Below, piece after piece: positions 1 through 8,502 of a stretch of 60,221 nucleotides of DNA. Numbering within the stretch: the stretch's first letter is position 1; the number at the start of each line of letters is the position of its first letter. The translations under genes and the position numbers were made by a program. The stretch is from assembly GCA_903860135.1 (NCBI GenBank), contig CAIOPG010000012.1, positions 1 through 60,221 on the forward strand, written 5' to 3'. The notes under the pieces are model-generated. The model made no database searches. It was not told where the DNA came from and saw nothing but the letters and a program-made list of their open reading frames with translations. The DNA is from Candidatus Omnitrophota bacterium (GTDB taxonomy: Bacteria; Omnitrophota; Gorgyraeia; Zapsychrales; Fredricksoniimonadaceae).

Positions 1-1
1 C

Positions 2-154
2 CATGTTCCTGATCCGATGGCTAAGATCAGGGAACTCCTGGCCGTGCGCGACCCCCATTACCGCAGGGCAGATCATGTTGTCGATTCAAGTGTGGACAAC
101 ATCCCCGGGGTGGTCAATGAGATCCTTCGTATCTTGCAAACTCACGGAACATGA
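2..154 (+). CDS. aroK: shikimate kinase, C-terminal fragment (gene begins upstream of window)
   Basis: Frame 2 reads ...MAKIRELLAVRDPHYRRADHVVDSSVDNIPGVVNEILRILQTHGT*. This fits the AroK C-terminal pattern L..R.P.Y..AD.v.d......v..I...L. This frame is not in the ORF track because it is under 60 aa and has no start in the window. Confidence 0.45.
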   Translation, partial: HVPDPMAKIRELLAVRDPHYRRADHVVDSSVDNIPGVVNEILRILQTHGT

Positions 155-1292
155 CGCGATCCTTGTTTTAAATGCGGTTAATGGTTTTGGTATCAAACGC
201 ATCCGTACCCTGATCGCACGCTTCGGATCCTTATCGGCGGCACTCCAGGCGCCTGTTGAAGAATTCATCGCTTTCCCCGGGATTCCCCAGGCCTCGCGGA
301 TCAATCTGCAAACGTTTAACGCCCTGGAATTTTTGGATAAAGACCGTGCGGCGTGTAAGGCCTTTGGGGCGCATGCGCTGACGTTTCAGGATGACGCTTA
401 TCCGGCAAGCCTCTGTAATATCCCGGATCATCCGGCGGTGATCTATGTTACAGGGGCATTTCCTTCTAAACTTGATTGCTCGATCGCCATTGTCGGGTCA
501 CGCCGCGCCACCTTGTACGGCTTAAAGATCGCCGGGGATTTTGCGACGGGTTTTGCTGAATTGGGAATTCCTGTCATTTCAGGGCTGGCCCGGGGAGTGG
601 ATGCGGCGGCGCACCGGGGGGCGTTGCGGGCCGGCGGTGCCACGGTGGCCGTGCTTGGTTGTGGGCTCGATGTTGTTTATCCGCCGGAAAATAAAGATCT
701 GCATCAGAGCATCAAAGAAAAGGGCTGTCTTATATCGGAGTTCCCGTTTGGGACATTACCATTGCCGGCGCATTTCCCCCGGCGCAACCGGATCGTGAGC
801 GGTTTATCGCTGGGCATCGTGGTCGTGGAGGCCGGGTTAAAGAGCGGGGCTTTGGTGACAGCCGGTTTTGCCATGGAGCAGGGGCGTGAAGTTTTTGCTG
901 TTCCGGGGCGCATTGACAGTGCCATGTCGGACGGGCCGCATGCCCTGATCAAACAAGGTGCCAAGGCCGTGCTGTCCATACGCGATGTCCTCGAAGACCT
1001 GCCGCTGGAAATATTGCGGCCTAAAGTCGAAGGTGAACCTGCTTTGCCTGATAACAGCATTGTCCGGGGCCTTGGGGGGGATGAACGAACGCTCTTCGAA
1101 CTTATTAAGGAAGGCCTTACAACGTATGAAGCGCTCGAAGCACGGACCGGCTTCGGCACAACATCGCTCATGGCGGCACTTTTAGCGCTTGAACTGCGCG
1201 GCAAGATCATCCAGAAACCGGGCCGGTCATATTCTTTGCGCAAACAGACAGCTTGGCAGGATATGCTCGAGGAAAATACACATGAACGGTGA
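117..1292 (+). CDS. dprA: DNA processing protein DprA (Smf)
   Basis: GSRRATLYG and SGLARGVDAAAHRGAL Rossmann-like core, with a C-terminal winged-helix-like tail. I chose the ATG at 117, which overlaps the aroK end. The track ORF starts at 3, but that extension lies inside aroK. Confidence 0.85.
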   Translation: MRSFVSCKLTEHDAILVLNAVNGFGIKRIRTLIARFGSLSAALQAPVEEFIAFPGIPQASRINLQTFNALEFLDKDRAACKAFGAHALTFQDDAYPASLCNIPDHPAVIYVTGAFPSKLDCSIAIVGSRRATLYGLKIAGDFATGFAELGIPVISGLARGVDAAAHRGALRAGGATVAVLGCGLDVVYPPENKDLHQSIKEKGCLISEFPFGTLPLPAHFPRRNRIVSGLSLGIVVVEAGLKSGALVTAGFAMEQGREVFAVPGRIDSAMSDGPHALIKQGAKAVLSIRDVLEDLPLEILRPKVEGEPALPDNSIVRGLGGDERTLFELIKEGLTTYEALEARTGFGTTSLMAALLALELRGKIIQKPGRSYSLRKQTAWQDMLEENTHER

Positions 1293-1375
1293 AACAATTA
1301 ACGAAAAGTGTTGCAATATTCTTGATTTCGTGGAAAGTATGATAACAACTTTCGTTAACTTATATTACTTAAAAT

Positions 1376-3361
1376 ATGTCTAAAGCACTTGTCATAGTTG
1401 AATCACCAGCCAAGGTCAAGACGATCAACAAGATCCTCGGGGCTCGCTATAAAGTCACCGCATCGATGGGACACCTCATTGACCTGCCCAAGTCAACCCT
1501 GGGCGTTGATGTGGATAAGGATTTTGAGCCGAAACTGATCGTTGTCCGCGCCAAGCAAAAGATCCTGAGCAAACTCAAGAAAGAAGCCGCCGGCAAGACC
1601 GAGATCTATTTTGCGACTGACCCTGACCGTGAGGGCGAAGCGATCGGCTGGAACCTTGTGCCGCATCTGGCGGTGGATAAAAAGATCTACCGTGTTGTAT
1701 TCCACGAGATCACCCGTGACGCTGTCCTGAAAGCGTTTAAAGACAAGCACCAGTTCGATGCCAATAAAGTCAATGCCCAGAATGCGCGGCGTGTCCTTGA
1801 CCGCATCGTGGGGTATTCGATCAGCCCGATCCTTTGGAAAAAGGTGGGGGGGCGTTTGAGTGCCGGGCGGGTCCAGTCGGTGGCCCTGCGCCTGATCGTT
1901 GAACGTGAACGTGCTATCCTGAAGTTTGTTCCTGTGGAATATTGGCAGGTTGCTGTTTTTCTCAAGAAAGACGGTGTTGATGGCGTGCTCGAAGCCCAGC
2001 TCGAGAAGATCAATGGCGTCAAAGCCGATCTGAAGACCGAGGCTGAAACCGCCGCAGTCGCACGCGAATTGGGCAACAAGCTCTTCCGTGTTACGGCCGT
2101 CACGACGCGCGAGGTCAAGCGCAATGCCCTGCCGCCTTTTATCACCAGTACACTCCAGCAGGAAGCTTTCTCGAAACTTGGCTTCAATGCCCAGCGCACG
2201 ATGATGGCGGCCCAGGAACTGTATGAAGGCGCCGAGATCGGCGAAGAGGATCCGGTGGGTCTGATCACCTACATGCGTACGGATTCCGTGAATATTGCCA
2301 ATGAAGCCCTTGGCCGGGTGCGGGATTATATTGTGGCCAAGTACGGCAAGGCGTATCTGCCCGATGTGCCCAATAAATTCAAGTCCAAGAAATCCGCGCA
2401 GGAAGCGCATGAAGCGATTCGCCCGACGGATGTGGAACGTTCCCCGGATAAGGTCAGAAGGTATTTGACGGATGATCAGTTTAAAGTTTACGAACTTGTC
2501 TGGAAACGCTTTATCAGCTGTCAGATGGCTCCGGCTGTCTTTGAGAACAAGAAAGTTGAAGTTTCCGCCGGTGATAAATATATTCTGGGGGCTTCTGGCT
2601 CAACCCTCCTTTTCCCGGGGTGTTTGTCGCTGTACAAGAGCGCGGAGGAGGAGCAGGAGAAGCAGGACCTGGTGCCATACGCCGATCAGGATATCCTTCA
2701 GATGATGGAAGTCAGACCTTCCCAGCATTTCACCAAGCCGCCGGCCCGTTTTTCCGAAGCCAGCCTTGTAAAAACGCTTGAGGAAGAGGGGATCGGGCGT
2801 CCCAGCACCTACGCTTCGATCATCCAGACCCTTGTTTTACGCAATTATGTGACGCGTGAGCGCGGTTATTTTACGCCTACTCAGCTGGGCTGCCTTGTAT
2901 GTGATCTTCTTGTGGCTAATTTTCCAAGGGTCATGGATATTACGTTTACTGCCCAGATGGAAGAGCGCCTTGACCTTGTGGAAGAAGGCACATTGGAATA
3001 TGCCGCTTTGCTCAAAGATTTCTATGGTCCTTTCCGCCAGGAGATCGATGCCGCATCGGGGAATATTGAAAAAACAAATATTGCCTTTGGCAAGCCGTGC
3101 CCTTTATGCCAGGGAGAGATGCTGGTCAAATGGGGCCGCAACGGGCGTTTTGTCAGCTGTGCTGCTTTCCCACGCTGTAAGCATGCCGAGCCATTCCCGA
3201 CGGGCGTTGTTTGCCCCGAGCCAGGATGCGGGGGGGAACTTGTCGAACGCCGCAACCACCGCGGCGGTGTTTTCTATGGCTGTAACAAATACCCTGCCTG
3301 CAAGCACATTTCCAATAAACTGCCCGCCCCATCGGAAACGCCCCCAGCGCCGAGAGCATAA
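1376..3361 (+). CDS. topA: DNA topoisomerase I
   Basis: Toprim start LVIVESPAKVKTI, active-site region GLITYMRTDS, and two C-terminal Cys4 zinc ribbons (CPLCQG...CAAFPRCKH and CPEPGCGG...CNKYPACKH). Confidence 0.95.
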   Translation: MSKALVIVESPAKVKTINKILGARYKVTASMGHLIDLPKSTLGVDVDKDFEPKLIVVRAKQKILSKLKKEAAGKTEIYFATDPDREGEAIGWNLVPHLAVDKKIYRVVFHEITRDAVLKAFKDKHQFDANKVNAQNARRVLDRIVGYSISPILWKKVGGRLSAGRVQSVALRLIVERERAILKFVPVEYWQVAVFLKKDGVDGVLEAQLEKINGVKADLKTEAETAAVARELGNKLFRVTAVTTREVKRNALPPFITSTLQQEAFSKLGFNAQRTMMAAQELYEGAEIGEEDPVGLITYMRTDSVNIANEALGRVRDYIVAKYGKAYLPDVPNKFKSKKSAQEAHEAIRPTDVERSPDKVRRYLTDDQFKVYELVWKRFISCQMAPAVFENKKVEVSAGDKYILGASGSTLLFPGCLSLYKSAEEEQEKQDLVPYADQDILQMMEVRPSQHFTKPPARFSEASLVKTLEEEGIGRPSTYASIIQTLVLRNYVTRERGYFTPTQLGCLVCDLLVANFPRVMDITFTAQMEERLDLVEEGTLEYAALLKDFYGPFRQEIDAASGNIEKTNIAFGKPCPLCQGEMLVKWGRNGRFVSCAAFPRCKHAEPFPTGVVCPEPGCGGELVERRNHRGGVFYGCNKYPACKHISNKLPAPSETPPAPRA

Positions 3362-3409
3362 CTTTATTTTTCGGTTTATTAATTCAATTATTAATATAAT
3401 ATAAGTTAT

Positions 3410-4270
3410 ATGAACTGTCATATTCAGTCTTTCCTTCAGAAATTGGCGGTTGAGAAGAATTATTCCGAGCATACCCTGTTGAATTACAGGCTTGACTTGG
3501 AAGAGTTCTTTCTTTTTCTGAGCCATGATGATGTCAAGGCCGTTGATTATCCGGTGTTGCGTCGTTTCCTTGCGCATTTGCGCGCCAAAGACCTGAAGCC
3601 GCGCAGTGTGGCGCGAAAGCTTTCATCGTTGAGGTCTTTTTTTAAATACCTTCAGCGCGAAGGGGTTATTGAAAAGAATCCGGCGGCGTTGTTGCAGACG
3701 CCCAAGCTTGACAAGACACTGCCGCATTTTATGACCGAACAGGATGCTGTTCGCCTGATGGAGGCACCGGCAGGGGACACGCTTTCTGATCGGCGTGACA
3801 AGGCGATTGTTGAAACGCTGTATTCAGCGGGGATCCGGGTGAGCGAGCTTGTGGGGATGAGTGTCACCGACGTTGACCTGATCAGCAATGTCATCAAGGT
3901 TTTTGGTAAAGGTAAAAAGGAACGGATCGTTCCCATGGGTGAAAAGGCCTGTGCCGCGCTCACGGATTACCTGGCGGCGCGCGGGTCTGAAGCTAAGGCT
4001 ATTTTTTTGAATAAGTCAGGCGGGCGGCTGACAGCGCGCAGTGTGCGCAATATCATTAACAAACATATTACCCGACAGTCTGTGGCGCAAAAAGTTCACC
4101 CGCATATGTTGCGGCATTCGTTCGCCACCCATATGCTCGATCACGGGGCTGACCTGCGTTGCGTCCAGGAATTGCTCGGGCATGTGAATCTTTCAACCAC
4201 ACAGATCTATACGCATTTGACAACTGATCGTTTGCGTCAGGTCTACGCAAAAGCGCATCCAAGGGCGTAA
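3410..4270 (+). CDS. tyrosine site-specific recombinase, XerC/XerD family
   Basis: N-terminal SAM-like domain (TLLNYRLDLEEF), catalytic HMLRHSFATHML and LGHVNLSTTQIYTH with terminal Tyr. I cannot distinguish XerC from XerD. Confidence 0.85.
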   Translation: MNCHIQSFLQKLAVEKNYSEHTLLNYRLDLEEFFLFLSHDDVKAVDYPVLRRFLAHLRAKDLKPRSVARKLSSLRSFFKYLQREGVIEKNPAALLQTPKLDKTLPHFMTEQDAVRLMEAPAGDTLSDRRDKAIVETLYSAGIRVSELVGMSVTDVDLISNVIKVFGKGKKERIVPMGEKACAALTDYLAARGSEAKAIFLNKSGGRLTARSVRNIINKHITRQSVAQKVHPHMLRHSFATHMLDHGADLRCVQELLGHVNLSTTQIYTHLTTDRLRQVYAKAHPRA

Positions 4271-5547
4271 TGATACTCGATCTCTTTTATCTCATTTATT
4301 TTTTCTTTTGCATACCGTTTTTGGTTTTACGCGGGCGTTGGCATGACGGTTTTGCCTTTCGGTTTGGTTGCTTTCCGAAGTCATTGGTCCGGGACCTTGC
4401 CTGGTCAAAGAATATCTGGGTTCATGCGGTTAGTGTTGGTGAAGCCGGTGCGGCCGAAGCGGTCATCAAGGGGCTTCGGGCGCGTTATCCGGATCATCGC
4501 ATTGTCCTGTCTGTTACGACCAGGGCCGGGCACGCTTTTGCCTGCCAGAAATATGCGGTGCTGGCGACGGTCATCTGGTCTCCGCTTGACTTGAGCGGCA
4601 CGGTGCGGCGTTTTATAAATGTTATTCGTCCCTTTATCTATGTGGTGGTCGAGACGGAACTGTGGCCGCATCTTTTTGCCAGGCTCGCCGAGGAGAAAGT
4701 CCCTGTGGTCATTATTAATGCCAGGATATCGGATCAGGCCTACCCGGGGTATTGCCTGGCCAGGCCTGTGATCAAGACGATGCTTGGCAAGGTCAGCCTG
4801 GTGTGTGCCCAGAGCGCGCTCGATGCCGAACGTTTCATCAGTCTGGGGGTGCTGAAAGATGCTGTTAAAGTGGTGGGCAATGTGAAGTTTGATGTTATCG
4901 CCTCTTTGGATTCGGATGGCCCTGCCGCACGCAGCGCTTTTGGCTTTAGCGCCACCGACAAGGTTTGGGTGGCGGCCAGCACACATCCCGGTGAAGAAGC
5001 ACTGGTCCTCGATGTTTTTACAGCCTTGCGCGACACTTTCCCTTGGCTTCGGCTGGTGCTGGTGCCGCGCCACCCTGAACGGGCGGCGGCAGTGGCACTG
5101 CTACTTCGTCAAAAGGGTTATAAGCCGATGTTGTTCACAGACCATGAGGCCAGGGTTGTTGGATCTGAAGAGGTTTTGGTCATCGATGAAATAGGGCATC
5201 TGATGCGCCTGTACGTGGCAGCGGATATTGTGTTGATGGGCAAGAGTTTTGGGATTCCCCGTCGGGGCGGGCAAAACCCGATCGAGCCGGCGGCCTGCGG
5301 CAAGCCTGTGATCACCGGTCCTTTCATGGAAAACTTCCGTGATGTGATGCGCCTTTTTAGGTCTGCGGAGGCTGTGATCGAGATCCAGGATGCCGCGAGC
5401 CTGCGCAAGGCCTTGCAGGAGATACTGGTATCACCGGACAAGTCTAATGGTTTGGCGGCCAGGGCGCGCGCGGTGGTTGACCGCAATCGCGGCGCGGCTG
5501 TCAGGACAGTAGATCTTATCGCGGACACAGGGATAAGGAGGCGCTAG
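4270..5547 (+). CDS. waaA: 3-deoxy-D-manno-octulosonic acid (Kdo) transferase
   Basis: WVHAVSVGE motif near the N-terminus and GT30-like length. TAATG overlap with the preceding stop. Sits in a lipid A context. Confidence 0.85.
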   Translation: MILDLFYLIYFFFCIPFLVLRGRWHDGFAFRFGCFPKSLVRDLAWSKNIWVHAVSVGEAGAAEAVIKGLRARYPDHRIVLSVTTRAGHAFACQKYAVLATVIWSPLDLSGTVRRFINVIRPFIYVVVETELWPHLFARLAEEKVPVVIINARISDQAYPGYCLARPVIKTMLGKVSLVCAQSALDAERFISLGVLKDAVKVVGNVKFDVIASLDSDGPAARSAFGFSATDKVWVAASTHPGEEALVLDVFTALRDTFPWLRLVLVPRHPERAAAVALLLRQKGYKPMLFTDHEARVVGSEEVLVIDEIGHLMRLYVAADIVLMGKSFGIPRRGGQNPIEPAACGKPVITGPFMENFRDVMRLFRSAEAVIEIQDAASLRKALQEILVSPDKSNGLAARARAVVDRNRGAAVRTVDLIADTGIRRR

Positions 5548-5549
5548 TC

Positions 5550-6602
5550 ATGAGCTTCTTTCTTCGACGCGTTATTTCAGGTGAAGATCATTCGTTGGTG
5601 GCACTGGCCGTCAGGCCTGTTTTATGGGTTTTGTCGTGTTTGTATGCGCTGATCGTGGTCATCTTGCGGTGGTTTTATGGGACAGGATTTTTTGGATCCG
5701 TCGCAGAGCGGTATCCAGTCATTAGTGTTGGTAATATTACGGTCGGCGGCGTTGGTAAAACACCGCTGGTCATTTTCTTGGCCAAGACATTGTACGCAAG
5801 GGGGAAACATCCGGTGATCCTGACACGCGGATACATGGCCGCTGAAAATGGCCGCAGTGACGAAGCAGAGATGATGGCAGAATGCCTGCCCGAAGTCCCG
5901 GTGATGGTCAATAGTGACCGCGTTCTGGCGATCAAGCAGGCCAAAGAACAGTACATGCCTGATGTTTTCATCCTCGATGACGGGTTTCAGCACTGGCGTT
6001 TGCAAAGAGACCTTGATATTGTGGCCATCGATGCGACCAATCCCTTTGGTAATGGACATGTCTTGCCCCGGGGGCTTTTGCGAGAGCCGTTGCACGCCCT
6101 CAAGCGGGCAGATCTCTTTATCCTTACCAAAACAGACCTAGGCGCGGCCAATGTTCCGGCTATCAAGGCGGTGCTGATGAAATACAACTTCGATTGTCCT
6201 ATTGTTGAAACGATTCACGCTCCCGTCGGGGTAAAGGATGTTCTGACCGGGAAACGTCAAAGCGGTTTTGATCTATTAAAAGATACAGTTGTCGGCGTGT
6301 GTGCACTGGGATTACCTGGGTCTTTTGAAGCATTATTATTAAGAGAAGGTGCTGTCATTGAGCGCATGTTCCATTTTAAAGATCATCACCTGTATACAAA
6401 AAATGATGTCTGGAAGATCGCGGCATATTGCCGTACAAAAAAACTTAACAAGGTCGTTACAACACACAAGGATGCTGTTAAAATAAGAAATTTTCCGGAG
6501 GCTTTTCAGGGGATAAGCCTTCTTGTCCTGGAGATTGAGATCAAGGTGACCGATGGGAAAGATGAACTCCTTTCAAGGCTCGATAGCCTCTGCTATTGTT
6601 AG
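5550..6602 (+). CDS. lpxK: tetraacyldisaccharide 4'-kinase
   Basis: N-terminal TM segment followed by the P-loop VGNITVGGVGKTP. Typical LpxK length. Confidence 0.9.
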   Translation: MSFFLRRVISGEDHSLVALAVRPVLWVLSCLYALIVVILRWFYGTGFFGSVAERYPVISVGNITVGGVGKTPLVIFLAKTLYARGKHPVILTRGYMAAENGRSDEAEMMAECLPEVPVMVNSDRVLAIKQAKEQYMPDVFILDDGFQHWRLQRDLDIVAIDATNPFGNGHVLPRGLLREPLHALKRADLFILTKTDLGAANVPAIKAVLMKYNFDCPIVETIHAPVGVKDVLTGKRQSGFDLLKDTVVGVCALGLPGSFEALLLREGAVIERMFHFKDHHLYTKNDVWKIAAYCRTKKLNKVVTTHKDAVKIRNFPEAFQGISLLVLEIEIKVTDGKDELLSRLDSLCYC

Positions 6603-8502
6603 GGTATTTGCCGCTGGTGTCCGCGCTTTACCTCTAAAGGCGGCGCTTTGCCTCGGGCGGGGCATCGGGGATATGGTTTGTGCGGTCGGCACGCGTCAGC
6701 GCCGGCTGGTCTGGGGCCATTTAAAGACGGCTTTCGGCAAGACCCGCTCGGCCACGGAACTCCGGGCGATCATGCGTGGGTTTTACCGTTGTTACGGGCA
6801 GAGCATCATTGAACTTGCGCGCCTTCCGTTGATCGCGCGCCATGGGTATACTGCCTGTGTTGATGTGGAAGGCCGTGAACATGTGGATGCGGCCATGAAG
6901 AAGGGTAAAGGCTGCATTTTCCTGTCCATTCACGCCGGGAATTGGGAACTCGCCAATATGATCGGCAGTATGTGCGGTTATCCGTATAATATGGTGGCCA
7001 ATGATCTCAATAACATCAATCAAGTGGCTGAATTTATCAATGGCCTGCGCCGTAGTGCGGGGTGTCATATTATTCATCCAGGCATTGGCGGTCGGGAAAT
7101 TATCCGGCGGCTTAAGCACAATGAGATCGTCACGTTGGTGGCTGATCAGGGCGGGGCAGATGGTTTCATGGTGCCGTTCTTTGGGCGCCAGGCGTCGATG
7201 TCAACAGGTGCGGTCAGGATCGCGTTGAAATATGATGTGCCTATTATTCTTGTTAATATTCACCGTACTTCTGCCGGGCGGCATCATCTCACCGCACTGC
7301 CTTTCGACTTGAAGTCAACTACAAATACCGAAGAAGATATCAAAGATAACCAACGGCGGATGATGCACCAGTTTGAGGTGTGGGTTAATGCCCATCCGCA
7401 GGAGTATGTGTGGTTCTACAAGACATGGAAATATGATAAAACCCGTACGGTCTTGATCCTTGATGATGGGCGTGTCGGCCATTTGCGCCAGTCCCAGTCT
7501 GCGGCCAGAGCCTATACGGCGGTTGCGGTCGAGCGGGGTTTGTCGGTCTTTATTGAAACAGTGAAGGTCGAATTTCGCCGTGATCCGGCGGCTAATTTAT
7601 TTCCTTTATTTTTTCTTTACGGGGGATCTTTTCTTGGTAATTTGTATCGCTTTATCAGTCCGGAAACGTCGCAGGCATTGGCTCGCTTGCGCCCGGATGT
7701 TGTTATTTCATGCGGTGCCCGCAATGCTGCGGTGAATGCGTTTGTTGCCCGGGAAAATGGTGCGCGTTCCGTGGCGATCCTCCGCCCGGCTATGGTTTCC
7801 TTTAAATTCTTTGATCTTGTTATTTTACCTCAACATGACGTGAAAAAGTCTCGTGTGCCAGCGCATGTGGTTGTTACAAAAGGTGCCCCGAACCTGATGG
7901 ACAAGGCGTATCTGGATGATAATGTAAAAGCCCTGCTCCTACGCTACCAGCATTTGCGTCATAATATTCGTGCCAAGATAGCGGTTCTTATCGGTGGTGA
8001 CACCAAAGGCTCTGCCATGCCTGAGAAGCAGGTCAGGCTTGTTTTGCGTCAGGTAAAGTCGGCGGCCATGGAATTCGGGTTTGACATCCTTGTTTCGACA
8101 TCCCGTCGTACCGCGCCTGCCGTTGAACAGACCGTTGCGCGTGAGTTGACGGGTTATCCCAGGACAGCACTGTTGATCATTGCCAATAAAGCCAATGTGC
8201 CTGAAGCGGTCGGTGGCATCCTTGGTCTGGCAGATATGGTCGTTGTTTCAGGAGAAAGTATATCCATGATCTCCGAAGCGTGCACGTCGGGGAAGAAGGT
8301 CATTGCTTTCTCAGTCAAGGCCTCCGGCGACAGCAAACACGCCTTTTTCTGCGAAAAACTTGCGGCACAGGGGCATATCCTCTACACCTCACCTTCCGGT
8401 GTTGCCGCCGCGATCAACAGTATTATCAGGAATAAAATGACAACAAAACCTCTCGATGATAATGATATCCTTAAGGTCGCGATGCGGAGGATCATCCATT
8501 GA
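6553..8502 (+). CDS. fusion protein: lipid A late (lauroyl/myristoyl-type) acyltransferase domain plus an ELM1/DUF1022-like putative glycosyltransferase domain
   Basis: N-terminal ~290 aa carry the LpxL/HtrB hallmarks (HAGNWE, LVADQGG). The C-terminal ~350 aa begin TRTVLILDDGRVGHLRQSQ, typical of ELM1-family proteins. The start overlaps lpxK by 50 nt and is uncertain; 6562 is an alternative. Confidence 0.7.
   Translation: MGKMNSFQGSIASAIVRVFAAGVRALPLKAALCLGRGIGDMVCAVGTRQRRLVWGHLKTAFGKTRSATELRAIMRGFYRCYGQSIIELARLPLIARHGYTACVDVEGREHVDAAMKKGKGCIFLSIHAGNWELANMIGSMCGYPYNMVANDLNNINQVAEFINGLRRSAGCHIIHPGIGGREIIRRLKHNEIVTLVADQGGADGFMVPFFGRQASMSTGAVRIALKYDVPIILVNIHRTSAGRHHLTALPFDLKSTTNTEEDIKDNQRRMMHQFEVWVNAHPQEYVWFYKTWKYDKTRTVLILDDGRVGHLRQSQSAARAYTAVAVERGLSVFIETVKVEFRRDPAANLFPLFFLYGGSFLGNLYRFISPETSQALARLRPDVVISCGARNAAVNAFVARENGARSVAILRPAMVSFKFFDLVILPQHDVKKSRVPAHVVVTKGAPNLMDKAYLDDNVKALLLRYQHLRHNIRAKIAVLIGGDTKGSAMPEKQVRLVLRQVKSAAMEFGFDILVSTSRRTAPAVEQTVARELTGYPRTALLIIANKANVPEAVGGILGLADMVVVSGESISMISEACTSGKKVIAFSVKASGDSKHAFFCEKLAAQGHILYTSPSGVAAAINSIIRNKMTTKPLDDNDILKVAMRRIIH

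Noticed and set aside
3-116. N-terminal extensions of track ORFs: 3..116, 14642..14752, 29271..29393, 41602..41778, 45856..45909, 50391..50474, 54851..54886.
   Set aside because: Each extension lies inside the preceding gene's coding region. An internal ATG or GTG placed at or overlapping the upstream stop gives a product whose N-terminus matches the family consensus.
1493-2410. A 305-aa minus-strand ORF (and 1687..2268) opposite topA.
   Set aside because: It is an antisense shadow of a confidently identified gene. The sequence is low-complexity, R/G/H-rich, with no recognisable motif and no RBS context.
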